Assembly (NCBI GenBank): GCA_964353335.1
Contig: CAYGVI010000003.1
Coordinates: forward strand, 263,085-327,084
DNA: 64,000 bases
Source: an uncultured Methanosarcinales archaeon
GTDB taxonomy: Archaea > Nanobdellota > Nanobdellia > Woesearchaeales > ARS49
Direction of reading: 5' to 3'
The notes under the pieces are model-generated. The model was not told where the DNA came from. It made no database searches and saw only the letters and a list, made by a program, of their open reading frames with translations. The number at the start of each line of letters is the position of its first letter. The first letter of the stretch is position 1. The translations under genes were made by a program, and so were the position numbers. Shown here in pieces: positions 9,355 to 18,633 of this stretch.

Positions 9355-9897
9355 ATGGTTTGTTTTATGGCAGCAACAGTAAAAGCATTGCTTGAGGGCG
9401 ATGTTGTTAGGACAGAGAATAATGATGAGGCAAGGGAGCTGTTCAGCAGGAGCCAGTTTGGCGGCTTGCTTGATGACGGAAGAGTCCAGCTCTCTCCCAT
9501 TGAGGCTGTTTATCTTACTGCCAAGAAGCGTTTGCAGGTTTATGACGGAAGGAACAAGCAGGTAAAGCTTGACAAGCTTGTCGCAAAGGTGCGCAGGAAA
9601 GACAGGAACTTCTGGGTGAGGTATTCAACCTTCAAGGACTTGCGCGACAGGGGATACATTGTAAAGACCGCCCTAAAATTTGGCGCTGATTTCAGGGTTT
9701 ATGACCGCGGTATAAAACCTGGTGAAGGCCACGCAAAGTGGATTGCATACCCTGTGAGTGAGCACGAGCGCCTTACCTGGCAGGAATTCGCGGCAAAGAA
9801 CCGGGTTGCGCACAGCACAAAGAAGAATCTGCTTGTCTGCGTTGTTGATGATGAAGGTGATGTGAGCTACTGGGTAGTCCACTGGACAAAGCCCTGA
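9355..9897 (+). CDS. endA: tRNA-splicing endonuclease EndA
   Basis: 180 aa; C-terminal catalytic domain 'KFGADFRVYDRG...HAKWIAYPVSEHERLTWQEFAAKNRVAHSTKKNLLVCVVDDEGDVSYWVVHW'. Confidence 0.8.
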   Translation: MVCFMAATVKALLEGDVVRTENNDEARELFSRSQFGGLLDDGRVQLSPIEAVYLTAKKRLQVYDGRNKQVKLDKLVAKVRRKDRNFWVRYSTFKDLRDRGYIVKTALKFGADFRVYDRGIKPGEGHAKWIAYPVSEHERLTWQEFAAKNRVAHSTKKNLLVCVVDDEGDVSYWVVHWTKP

Positions 9898-9928
9898 ACT
9901 TGCATAATCTATTTATACCACGTTCTAA

Positions 9929-10990
9929 TTGGTTTTTGATATGGCCGCTTTGGATTATCGCGACAAGATTCGCGCAATGGCAGAGCAGAAGCCAGTCCAG
10001 CCCACTGCTGTCGCAAAAGAGCTGATGACAAATTCAATGCTCTCAAGCGCAATGCTTTCTGAGATGACTGAGAAAGGACTTCTGAAAGTCTCTTCCCTGA
10101 AAGTTGGCAGTTCGCCGATTTACTATCACCCAGACCATCCAGAGCACCTGCTTGACTATGTCCAGAACCTGAATGAGAAAGACAGGAGGACAGTTGTATT
10201 GCTTAAGGAGCAAGGGGTGCTTAGCGACACTTCACAAGACCCATTGACAAGGGTTTCTTTGAGGAATGTGAAGGATTTTGCAAAGCCATTGGATGTCACA
10301 GTTGATGGCAGCAAGTCAATGTTCTGGAAGTTTTACGCGCTCACAGATGAGGAGGCAGCAGAGAAGATAAAACAAATGCTTCAGCCTGCAGAACAGCCAA
10401 AGGCTCCAAAGGCAAGAAAGCCAAGGGTAAAAAAGCCAAAGGTTGCGATTGAGCCTCAGACACAATTGCAGGCAGCGCAGGCTCCTGTTGCCGCTCAGAA
10501 AGCGCCGGTTGCTGCGCAGATTGCAGCGCCGGTGGCTGCCAAAGCGTCTGTTGCTTCAGCTCCTGTTGTTTCTGCTTCTGTAAGGGAAGAGCCTGCACTA
10601 AAGCCCGCAGCAATTGAAGCGCCTTCAGATGAACAAAAGCCAATTGCACCAGCAGAGGCAGCGAGCCAGGCATTGACAGGAGATGACCCGTTCCTGCAGA
10701 AGCTGATGGCATTCTTCGCCTCAAACAACATCACAATCCTTGAACAGATTGCACTTAAGAAGAAAAGCGAGTATGACTTTGTTCTCCAGCTTGCCTCTCC
10801 TGTTGGCCAGCTGCATTATTACTGCAAGGCAAAGAACAAGGCAAAAGTTGGCGAGGCTGACCTTAGCCACGCTTTTGTGCAGGGTCAGCTGAAAAAACTG
10901 CCTGTGCTTTTCCTTGCGCCTGGAATTCTGACAAAGCCAGCCCAGGACCTGATGAAAGAGCTTAAGGGGCTCACTGTCAAGCAGGTGTAA
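9929..10990 (+). CDS. Hypothetical protein with Ala/Pro/Gln/Lys-rich central linker
   Basis: 353 aa; N-terminal globular domain, low-complexity 'KAPKARKPRVKKPKVAIEPQTQLQAAQAPVAAQKAPVAAQIAAPVAAKASVASAPVVSASV', C-terminal ~100 aa domain; no recognisable motif. Confidence 0.4.
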   Translation: MVFDMAALDYRDKIRAMAEQKPVQPTAVAKELMTNSMLSSAMLSEMTEKGLLKVSSLKVGSSPIYYHPDHPEHLLDYVQNLNEKDRRTVVLLKEQGVLSDTSQDPLTRVSLRNVKDFAKPLDVTVDGSKSMFWKFYALTDEEAAEKIKQMLQPAEQPKAPKARKPRVKKPKVAIEPQTQLQAAQAPVAAQKAPVAAQIAAPVAAKASVASAPVVSASVREEPALKPAAIEAPSDEQKPIAPAEAASQALTGDDPFLQKLMAFFASNNITILEQIALKKKSEYDFVLQLASPVGQLHYYCKAKNKAKVGEADLSHAFVQGQLKKLPVLFLAPGILTKPAQDLMKELKGLTVKQV

Positions 10991-10993
10991 GCA

Positions 10994-12025
10994 ATGGGAG
11001 TAAATCTCAAGGAAATTGTTGCGAAAAAGCCGATTACCTTTGAGGAATTATCAGGAAAAATTCTTGCTGTTGACGGCTACAACATCCTTTACCAGTTCCT
11101 GACAACTATTCGCACACCTGACGGAAGGCCTTTGACAGACAGCAAGGGCAATGTTACATCGCACTTGATTGGCTTGTTCTCAAGGACTTCAAGCTTTCTC
11201 AAGCAGGGGCTGAAGCCAGTGTTTGTTTTTGACGGCAAGGTTCCTGAGCTTAAGCACCGCGAGCTGGAAAAGCGCGCTGAAATAAAGATGGAAGCGCAGA
11301 AAAAGTTTGAGGAGGCAGTTAAGGAAAAAGATGTTGAGGCAATGCAGAAATATGGCGGCCGCACAGCCCGCCTGACCAAGGAAATGGTTGAGGACGCGAA
11401 AACACTTCTTACTTTAATGGGTGTTCCTGTGATTCAGTCTCCGAGCGAGGGCGATGCGCAGGCTGCTTTCCTTGTCAAGAACGGAGATGCCTGGGCTGTT
11501 GTGAGCCAGGACTATGATGCCCTGCTCCACGGCGCTGACAGGCTGATACAAAATTTGTCAATTGCCGGCAGGAGAAAAAAGACAAAAGCCCTTGCCACTG
11601 TAATCGTAAAGCCTGAGATGATTGTCCTGAAGGAACTTCTGAAAGAGCTTGGCATCAATCACGACCAGCTTATTGCGCTTTCAATGCTTGTGGGAACTGA
11701 CTATCATCCTGGCGGAATAAAAGGCCTTGGCCCTAAGAAATCTTTGGCGCTTGTAAAAGAGCACAAGACTCCTGAGAAAATCTTTGAAGCTGCAAAATGG
11801 TCAGAGAACTGCAGTGTTCCCTGGCAGGACATATTCAAATTGTTCAGGGAAATGCCTGTTACAAGGGATTACAAGCTCGTTTTCAAGGCGCCTGACAAGG
11901 AAGGGATAAAGAAATTCCTTGTTGAAGGCCATGATTTCGGCATTGAGCGCGTTGAAAATACTCTTGAAGAGCTGAAAGAACAGCACAGCAAAAGGCAGCA
12001 AAAAGGACTGGGTGATTTCCAATGA
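10994..12025 (+). CDS. fen: Flap endonuclease FEN-1
   Basis: 343 aa; 'ILAVDGYNILYQFLTTIRTPDGRPLTDSKGNVTSHLIGLF...KPVFVFDG' (XPG-N), XPG-I and H3TH regions, C-terminal PCNA-interacting tail. Confidence 0.9.
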   Translation: MGVNLKEIVAKKPITFEELSGKILAVDGYNILYQFLTTIRTPDGRPLTDSKGNVTSHLIGLFSRTSSFLKQGLKPVFVFDGKVPELKHRELEKRAEIKMEAQKKFEEAVKEKDVEAMQKYGGRTARLTKEMVEDAKTLLTLMGVPVIQSPSEGDAQAAFLVKNGDAWAVVSQDYDALLHGADRLIQNLSIAGRRKKTKALATVIVKPEMIVLKELLKELGINHDQLIALSMLVGTDYHPGGIKGLGPKKSLALVKEHKTPEKIFEAAKWSENCSVPWQDIFKLFREMPVTRDYKLVFKAPDKEGIKKFLVEGHDFGIERVENTLEELKEQHSKRQQKGLGDFQ

Positions 12026-12840
12026 AGCTAAAAGAAGCATTGAAAGGAAAATTAACAGACAAAGAATGTGATTTGCTCCGCGGTTTTGACACCATCGGCG
12101 ATATTGCAGTCCTTGAAATTCCGCGCGAGCTTGAAAAGAAAAAGAAAATCATTGCAAAAACACTGCTCGGGCTTTTGCCTTACATCAAGGTTGCTGTGAA
12201 AAAGAAAGGCGGGCACAAAGGAGTTTACAGGAAGCAGCCTGTTGAGGTTCTTGCCGGCGAAAAGAGAAAAGACACTGTTCACAAGGAATTTGGTGTTGAG
12301 ATGGCAATGAATATTGAAACCTGTTATTTCTCTCCAAGGCTTGCGAATGAGCGCGAGAGGATTGCAAAGCAAATCCGGCCAGGTGAAAATGTCCTTGTGA
12401 TGTTCTCTGGCGTTGCGCCTTATCCGCTTATCATTGCAAAGCTCTCGCAGGCTTACAAAGTGTATGGAATTGAGGCAAATCCTGCAGCTCACAAGTATGC
12501 AGTTGAGAATGTTGCGAGGAACAAGCTTGGCCACAAGGTCATCCTGATTAAGGGCGATGCGAAAAAAGCAATTCCAAAGGTAAAGTTTGACAGAATTGTA
12601 ATGCCTTGGCCTCAAAGGGCAGACGAATTCCTTGGCGTAGCATTAAAGGCTGCAAACAAAGGCACTTTCATGCACTTTTATGACTTCCAGCCAGAAGGAA
12701 AATGGGATGATGCAGCAGAAATTGTAAAGCAGGCCTGCAGGAAAGCAAAGAAGAAGTGCAAGATACTCAAAGTTGTCGAATGCGGCCAGGTTGGAGTCAG
12801 GCAGAACCGTGTTTGCGTTGATTTTGTCGTGCAGAACTAG
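12022..12840 (+). CDS. tRNA (guanine37-N1)-methyltransferase, Trm5/Taw2 family (class I SAM MTase)
   Basis: 272 aa; '[13 protein letters not shown]' N-terminus typical of Trm5/TYW2, SAM-binding '[13 protein letters not shown]'; start overlaps the fen stop (ATGA). Confidence 0.7.
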   Translation: MKLKEALKGKLTDKECDLLRGFDTIGDIAVLEIPRELEKKKKIIAKTLLGLLPYIKVAVKKKGGHKGVYRKQPVEVLAGEKRKDTVHKEFGVEMAMNIETCYFSPRLANERERIAKQIRPGENVLVMFSGVAPYPLIIAKLSQAYKVYGIEANPAAHKYAVENVARNKLGHKVILIKGDAKKAIPKVKFDRIVMPWPQRADEFLGVALKAANKGTFMHFYDFQPEGKWDDAAEIVKQACRKAKKKCKILKVVECGQVGVRQNRVCVDFVVQN

Positions 12841-13976
12841 CCAAACATCGCGACATAATCAGTGTCATCAGCAGGACCGCCTGCCCTGATTTTCTCTATT
12901 GCCAGAAGGAAGTCTGCTTCCTCTACTTTTGTCCTGCTGTCTCGGATTGCAAAGTAGCCTGCCTCTGTGACAACTGCGTTGATTTCTGCGCCTGAGAATC
13001 CTTCCATTGCGCCGATAATGTCAGGCATGTTGATCTTTGCAGTGTTGACATTCTTGATGTGTATCTTGAAAATTTCCTTGCGCGCGTCTGCGTCAGGGAT
13101 TGGGACATAAATTCTCCTGTCAAGCCTTCCTGGGCGGATGATTGCAGTGTCAAGTATGTCCCTTCTGTTTGTACAGCCGATTATCTTGACATTGCCCAAT
13201 GGCTTGAAGCCGTCAATCTCTGCCAGTAATTGCATGAATGTCCTTTGCACTTCGCGTTCTCCAGAGGTGCCGATGTCAATCCTTGTCGCCGCGATTGCGT
13301 CAAGCTCGTCAATGAATATGATGCTCGGCGCCTTCTCGCGTGCCAGCTGGAAAATCTCCTTGACAAGCTTTGCCCCTTCGCCGATGAACTTCTGAACTAA
13401 TTCCGACCCAACCACCTGTATGAATGTGCTGTTTGTGCTTGCCGCGACTGCCTTTGCAAGCAATGTCTTTCCTGTTCCTGGCGGTCCGAAAAGCAAAATT
13501 CCTTTTGGCGGGGTTATTCCGATCTGCTTGAACAGTTCAGGCTTTTTCAATGGAAGCTCTATGACTTCCTTTATTTCCTGCACCTGATCTGCAAGCCCGC
13601 CGACTTCGCTCCACTTCATGTCTGGCTTTTCAAGTATTACAAATTTTTCAACATCAAACTTCTTGTTCGCGCCGACCTTGCGCAGTATTGTGAGGTTTTT
13701 CTGCTCTGCAAGCACGCTGTCGCCGGGCAGGAGCCCTTCGCAGTTCGTGGCAATCTCAACAAGGAACTCGTTTCCGTTCGGCAGCCTTATCAGCGCCTTG
13801 CCTTCAAGAATGTCGCGTATTTCGCACGCAATCAGGGGCACCTTGCGGAATTTTTCAACCTCTTTCTCAAGGCTGTCAACGCTTTCGCGCAAAAACCTGT
13901 TTTCTTCCTCAAGCCCGTTTACGTTTGTTGCGTAGGAATAGCTGACGTCATCAACTTTTGTATTGTTGTTCGTCAT
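12837..13976 (-). CDS. pan: Proteasome-activating nucleotidase PAN (AAA+ ATPase)
   Basis: 379 aa; N-terminal coiled coil, OB region, Walker A 'GPPGTGKTLLAKAVA', Walker B 'IIFIDELDAI', second region of homology. Confidence 0.9.
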   Translation of the reverse strand: MTNNNTKVDDVSYSYATNVNGLEEENRFLRESVDSLEKEVEKFRKVPLIACEIRDILEGKALIRLPNGNEFLVEIATNCEGLLPGDSVLAEQKNLTILRKVGANKKFDVEKFVILEKPDMKWSEVGGLADQVQEIKEVIELPLKKPELFKQIGITPPKGILLFGPPGTGKTLLAKAVAASTNSTFIQVVGSELVQKFIGEGAKLVKEIFQLAREKAPSIIFIDELDAIAATRIDIGTSGEREVQRTFMQLLAEIDGFKPLGNVKIIGCTNRRDILDTAIIRPGRLDRRIYVPIPDADARKEIFKIHIKNVNTAKINMPDIIGAMEGFSGAEINAVVTEAGYFAIRDSRTKVEEADFLLAIEKIRAGGPADDTDYVAMFG

Positions 13977-14048
13977 TGGAATTGTTTTTACCCCAAGATT
14001 GTTTATAAGCTTTGTGGTGAAGCTTTTTATTGGCGAAATCAGCGTTTT

Positions 14049-15125
14049 TTACCGCGTGACGTCAAAGCTTTTCACTTTTTCAAGCAGTTCTTTTGGCTTT
14101 CCCCTGCTGAAATGCTTCCTGACAGGCTCAAGATAGCTGTCAATTGCTGCAGCAACCGCCTTTTTCAGGTCCATTGGGTGCAGTTTGCCTGTTGCATATG
14201 CCTTTTCAAGCTCTTCAAAGCTCTTTAAGTTGATATCCCCGCCAAACTTTTCAGGCCTTGGTATCATGAGTTCATTTTGTTTTTCAAAAACAATGTATTT
14301 GCAGTACTCCAGTATCGGGTTTTCGTGCAATTGCTTTGCAGGGCAGTAGGCGTTTCCTATTTTGCGCTCCACATCCTTTGATGTGTCATCCATGAAGATT
14401 GCGCTGTCAGGGTTGCTCTTGCTCATTTTCATTGCTATTGCGCGCTCAACAGCGTCTTTTTCTTCTGATGCAGGCGGCTGCTGGAGCCCCATGAGCATGT
14501 GGTGGTGGACTGCAACAGGCGTTTTGTATCCGAGCTTGGGTGCCATCTCCCTTACAAGCACGTTTACCTTGCGCTGGTCCATTCCCAATTGGCAGATGTC
14601 TATGTTGAGCTGGAATACGTCTGCTGCCTGCATTACAGGATAGAAAATCTGGGATGCATTAAGTGATTCGCTTTCCTTTCTGCCCATTATCTGCGAGCAG
14701 CGCACAATCCTGTTTACAGTGTTGTGTCTTGCTATCTGCATTACTGTTTTCCAGTATTCGCTTTTGCCTGCATAATCAGAGCACCATACAAACTTGACCT
14801 TGTTTACATCCATTCCGCAGGCTTTCCAGACTTCAACAAAGTATTTGCCTGCTGTCTGAATTTTGTCAAGGTCTCCGCCAAACTTGTTGTTTGCCCAGGC
14901 ATGCCAGTCTGCAACCCACATTATGAATTCGCAGCCTGCATTGAGCATCTTGTTGACATTGATTGCCCTTAACAGCCCCTGGCCGATATGAAGCCTTCCA
15001 GAGGGCTCAAAGCCGTCATAAGCTACTGGATTTTTCTTTTTCTCAAGAAGCTCCCTGAGTTCCTTCTCTGTGAGAATTTCCTCCCCAACCTGCTTTATTA
15101 GTGCAAGGCGCTCATCAATGTTCAT
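14049..15125 (-). CDS. tyrS: Tyrosyl-tRNA synthetase (archaeal type)
   Basis: 358 aa; 'AYDGFEPSGRLHIGQG' (HIGH region), 'KMSKS', and a C-terminal segment 'RPEKFGGDINLKSFEELEKAYATGKLHPMDLKKAVAAAI' that matches archaeal TyrRS closely. Confidence 0.85.
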   Translation of the reverse strand: MNIDERLALIKQVGEEILTEKELRELLEKKKNPVAYDGFEPSGRLHIGQGLLRAINVNKMLNAGCEFIMWVADWHAWANNKFGGDLDKIQTAGKYFVEVWKACGMDVNKVKFVWCSDYAGKSEYWKTVMQIARHNTVNRIVRCSQIMGRKESESLNASQIFYPVMQAADVFQLNIDICQLGMDQRKVNVLVREMAPKLGYKTPVAVHHHMLMGLQQPPASEEKDAVERAIAMKMSKSNPDSAIFMDDTSKDVERKIGNAYCPAKQLHENPILEYCKYIVFEKQNELMIPRPEKFGGDINLKSFEELEKAYATGKLHPMDLKKAVAAAIDSYLEPVRKHFSRGKPKELLEKVKSFDVTR

Positions 15126-15232
15126 GTCCTGTTCCCTTTCTCCGTCGTTATTTAAACTTTTCCCCTGATTTCAAAAGAAAACATTTAAATACAACCTACA
15201 CTCATTCGGGAGGAGTAAATAAGGTGTAACTA

Positions 15233-15499
15233 ATGGCAACAACTGATGAAAAGAAATTCTCAAAGCAATTGATGGGCAAAACCGTAGTAAGCAAGTCTGG
15301 AAAGCGGTTTGGTGAGGTTGGCGACATTGTTTTCGAGACCAAGTCCGGTGAGCTTATTCACTTGGTTCTCACAAACCCGACAGCATACACTGAAAAGCTT
15401 GAGCTTGAAAAGGACAAGGAAGGGCGCATGCTTATACCGTACAGCGCGGTCATAGCATCAGGCGACTTCATGGTTGTGTCAGAAGAAGACATTGTCTGA
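15233..15499 (+). CDS. PRC-barrel domain protein
   Basis: 88 aa; 'LMGKTVVSKSGKRFGEVGDIVFETKSGELIHLVL' PRC-barrel signature; TATA-like 'tttaaata' ~40 nt upstream. Confidence 0.5.
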   Translation: MATTDEKKFSKQLMGKTVVSKSGKRFGEVGDIVFETKSGELIHLVLTNPTAYTEKLELEKDKEGRMLIPYSAVIASGDFMVVSEEDIV

Positions 15500-15551
15500 T
15501 TTCCCTAAATCTTTTTAAACTGGCGGCTGTTCGTGCTATTCAGGGGGATGC

Positions 15552-16514
15552 ATGGCTGAAGAAAGTTCTATAATCTGGACAGAGAAATACCGCCCAAAGA
15601 AGTTCTCAGAAGTCAAGGGCCAGGACGCTGTTGTCAGCAAGATACAGTCATTTGTCAGCCAGAAAAACCTGCCCCACCTGCTTTTTGCAGGACCGCCGGG
15701 TGTTGGCAAGAGCACTCTGGCTTTGGTCGCTGCCCGCGAGCTTTTTGGGGAGAACTGGCGCCAGAATTTCCTTGAGCTGAACGCATCTGATGAGCGCGGC
15801 ATTGACGTTGTCAGGGTAAAGGTCAAGGACTTTGCAAGGACAAAGGCAATGGGCAATGTGCCTTTCAAGATTATCTTCCTTGACGAATGCGATGCGCTCA
15901 CAAAAGAAGCACAGCAGGCATTGAGGAGGACAATGGAGAACTACACCTCAACGTGCCGTTTCATACTCGCAGCAAACTATTCAAGCAAAATCCTTGACCC
16001 GATACAGTCGCGTTGCGCAGTATTCCGCTTCAGGCCGCTGCCAAAGGAGGAGGTCTTTGGAATAATTGAGGCAGTGGCAAAGCAGGAAGGGCTTACTCTC
16101 ACGCAGGAAGGCAAGAGTGCGCTTTTCGAGGTTTCTGAGGGTGACTGCCGCCGTCTTGAGAACATAATGCAGAGCTGTGCTGCAATGCAGGACAAAATCA
16201 CTCCAGAGCTTGTTTTCTCGCTCGCGAGCATGGCCCAGCCAAAGGAAATCGCGCAATTGCTCCAGACCGCTCTCACAGGAGATTTTGTCAAGGCAAGGAA
16301 CTCTTTGCTTGACACAATGCTGAAGTACGGGCTGTCAGGGCTTGACGTAATCAGGCAGATTCAGAAGGAAGTCTGGAATCTTGGCATTGACAACCGCGAA
16401 AAAGTAAAGCTCATTGACAAGTGCGGAGAAATAGAGTTCAGGATGGTCGAAGGCTCTGATGAGTACATACAGCTCGAAGCTCTTCTTGCGCATGTTTCTG
16501 CTGTAGCAAAGTGA
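15552..16514 (+). CDS. rfcS: Replication factor C small subunit
   Basis: 320 aa; 'IWTEKYRPKKFSEVKGQ', Walker A 'GPPGVGKST', 'DECDAL', SRC motif 'SRC'. Confidence 0.9.
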   Translation: MAEESSIIWTEKYRPKKFSEVKGQDAVVSKIQSFVSQKNLPHLLFAGPPGVGKSTLALVAARELFGENWRQNFLELNASDERGIDVVRVKVKDFARTKAMGNVPFKIIFLDECDALTKEAQQALRRTMENYTSTCRFILAANYSSKILDPIQSRCAVFRFRPLPKEEVFGIIEAVAKQEGLTLTQEGKSALFEVSEGDCRRLENIMQSCAAMQDKITPELVFSLASMAQPKEIAQLLQTALTGDFVKARNSLLDTMLKYGLSGLDVIRQIQKEVWNLGIDNREKVKLIDKCGEIEFRMVEGSDEYIQLEALLAHVSAVAK

Positions 16515-16546
16515 TTTAATTTTCTGATAAGAACTTTTATGGTTGG

Positions 16547-16617
16547 TCACTTGTGGACGGAGTCCACAAGTTCGTCGACAATCTGTGGATTGTCGAGATC
16601 TGTGCCGTAGGCACCCA
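16547..16617. repeat. Conserved multi-hairpin intergenic element, copy A (candidate structured ncRNA or mini-repeat)
   Basis: Perfect palindrome ACTTGTGGAC-GG-AGTCCACAAGT, then 'TCGTCGACAATC-TGTG-GATTGTCGAGA', then a 'GTGCC-GTAG-GCAC' hairpin. The core 'CAAGTTCrTCGACAATC...GATTGTCGAGA' recurs at 33345-33378. Confidence 0.35.
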
Positions 16618-16645
16618 ATATGCAGAATTCGTTTTATTATTGTGT

Positions 16646-17608
16646 TCAGCTAGTTGCAGGCGTCTCTGCTGGCGCTTCCCCTGAGTTCTTGACTGTCAGT
16701 TGTGTCTGCTTGTATTCTTCGTAGTCATATGTGACATCTATGCTTATCTGCTGTTCAAAGTCTGTCCTTGAGGTTACTGTCTGCGTGCAGGTAACAATCT
16801 TCTTTCCTTCGTAGAGTGTCACAAATCCTGCTGCCTTTGTCCCTGTTGTTGTGAGCGGGGTGCAAACCAGCCCTGGCATTCCTGTGTCAACACTAACATA
16901 AACCTTGTTTTCCTTTGCCCTGGTGCTCCTGTCGCATACAGAGCCCTGCTCAAATATCTGTCCTGTTCCTGCGTTGGAGATTTCAAAGCTGAAGCTGAGC
17001 TTGTCCTTTCCGCGCGCTGTCTCTTTTACAGCTCCGACCTGCACTGGCGCCCCTGAGTTCTTGGCGTCTTTGTCCTCGTTGATTTCGCAGATTCCGCCTG
17101 CCTCTGGCGCGAGCAGGTTTGAACGTATGCAAATCTTGCTGGCTGCCTGCGTCAGGTATGTGTAGCAGATGTCTGCGCGCAATGGGAATGTGACCTGTGA
17201 GCCTGATATTGGCGAGAAGTGGTTGAGCCCTGTGAATTCAATTGTTGACTGGCTTCCGGGGAGCACGTTTCCCTGGGCATCCTTTTTAACACCCATGAGC
17301 TCTTCTGAACTTGCCTTTGTCAGCTCTTCCTCGTGCTTGCTGAATTCCGCAGGGTTGATTCCTGAAATCTTCACCCTTACCCTGCCTGTTGCAACAGTTG
17401 CCTCTCCCTTGTTTTCAATCTTGACAACAACATCAAATGGGTCCCTTCCGCCGTCAAACACAGCGCTGCGGAAATCAAGGAAGTCAGCAACAAGACCTGC
17501 TGTGCCGCCAACAAAAGGCGATCCGAGGTCAACAGTCTCTCCTGTTTTCCCTCCAGTGCACGCAGTAAGCATTGCAAAAAGAACCATTATCGCTATAATC
17601 TTTCGCAT
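16646..17608 (-). CDS. Secreted lipoprotein, paralog family member 1 (hypothetical)
   Basis: Start at 'MRKIIAIMVLFAMLTAC' (lipobox LTAC); ~320 aa; third of three tandem paralogs in the operon. Confidence 0.55.
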   Translation of the reverse strand: MRKIIAIMVLFAMLTACTGGKTGETVDLGSPFVGGTAGLVADFLDFRSAVFDGGRDPFDVVVKIENKGEATVATGRVRVKISGINPAEFSKHEEELTKASSEELMGVKKDAQGNVLPGSQSTIEFTGLNHFSPISGSQVTFPLRADICYTYLTQAASKICIRSNLLAPEAGGICEINEDKDAKNSGAPVQVGAVKETARGKDKLSFSFEISNAGTGQIFEQGSVCDRSTRAKENKVYVSVDTGMPGLVCTPLTTTGTKAAGFVTLYEGKKIVTCTQTVTSRTDFEQQISIDVTYDYEEYKQTQLTVKNSGEAPAETPATS

Positions 17609-17665
17609 AGGCATTTCCGAGGATAATTGGTATATAAACATTTCTATGGCGTATTTGTTTTCGGC

Positions 17666-18595
17666 TTATACGCCAGGCAGAATGGTAAGGTCCTGGAACA
17701 GCGAGTCCTTGTATCCATAGCGCAGGTGTACTGTTATCGGGCTCACATATGTTGCCTCTCCGCGCGGCCTGTCAAACTCGCAGTACACAACTCCCTGCCT
17801 GTTTGTCAGCCTTATGTGGCCTGAGTCAAGCGGCCTGCAGCTTCCCCTTATGGAAACTCCGCTTACGCTCACATCCCCGAGTTCAACATAGTCCACCTCG
17901 TCAAAGCCGAGCTGGCCTCCTGGTGCGCATTTGTTGAGCATAGACCCGCCTGACCTGAAGACTTGTCCTCCTCCGACATTCTGGACATGTATCTTGAACC
18001 TTGTCTTGCCTGGGCTTGCGTCAACCTCTATTGTGTTTACCGAGATTGGCGCTCCCTGTCCGCCTCCAAGCCCCACATTCTGGGGTATGCAGACCTTTTG
18101 CATTACTGCAGCAGCATATGGCTCAGGGTCAATGCAGACATTTGCAGAGGCAACTGTTTCGTATTCATAGCACGCTGTTGCAAGAAGCCTTACAGGATAC
18201 CTGTCTGTCAGAATCCGCGTCATTGCCTTGAATGAGACAGTGTCAAAGCCTCCCTGGCTGATGAACTGTGTCCTTCCCTCAAGCAGTGGTATCTGTTCGC
18301 CTGCTGGTGAAATTCCGCTGATTATTGACGGGTCAAAACCTGAGACATAAACGCGGTCTCCTGGCCCGCCAACAGTATAAGTGCCCCTGTTTTCAAGTTC
18401 AAGGACAACAGCGAGCTGTTCTCCTGAGAAAAGCCTTGTCGGCGGCATGTTCTGGCTGAACCTCATCGCGAGCCCTTGCGAGCCTGTCCTGAATTCCTGG
18501 ACAAATGTTTGCTGTGTCTTGGATACTGTTCCAGACTTGCAGCCTGCGAGCAATAGTATGAGCATGATTCCTAAAACCAGGATTGCCTTTCGCAT
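17666..18595 (-). CDS. Secreted lipoprotein, paralog family member 2 (hypothetical)
   Basis: Start at 'MRKAILVLGIMLILLLAGC' (lipobox LAGC); shares 'NxGxGQ', 'ICI', 'xVxxxYxY' features with its neighbours. Confidence 0.55.
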   Translation of the reverse strand: MRKAILVLGIMLILLLAGCKSGTVSKTQQTFVQEFRTGSQGLAMRFSQNMPPTRLFSGEQLAVVLELENRGTYTVGGPGDRVYVSGFDPSIISGISPAGEQIPLLEGRTQFISQGGFDTVSFKAMTRILTDRYPVRLLATACYEYETVASANVCIDPEPYAAAVMQKVCIPQNVGLGGGQGAPISVNTIEVDASPGKTRFKIHVQNVGGGQVFRSGGSMLNKCAPGGQLGFDEVDYVELGDVSVSGVSIRGSCRPLDSGHIRLTNRQGVVYCEFDRPRGEATYVSPITVHLRYGYKDSLFQDLTILPGV

Positions 18596-18633
18596 TGTGT
18601 TCAAGCCCGATTTTGAATTATATAAATGTTTGG

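Noticed and set aside
12837-13976. Unusual C-terminus of PAN ('...YVAMFG' instead of a canonical HbYX '...LYR')
   Set aside because: This may simply be lineage variation (Hb-Phe-X), and the C-terminus is defined by a convergent 4-nt overlap with trm5. Without alignments I cannot say the proteasome-docking motif is lost.
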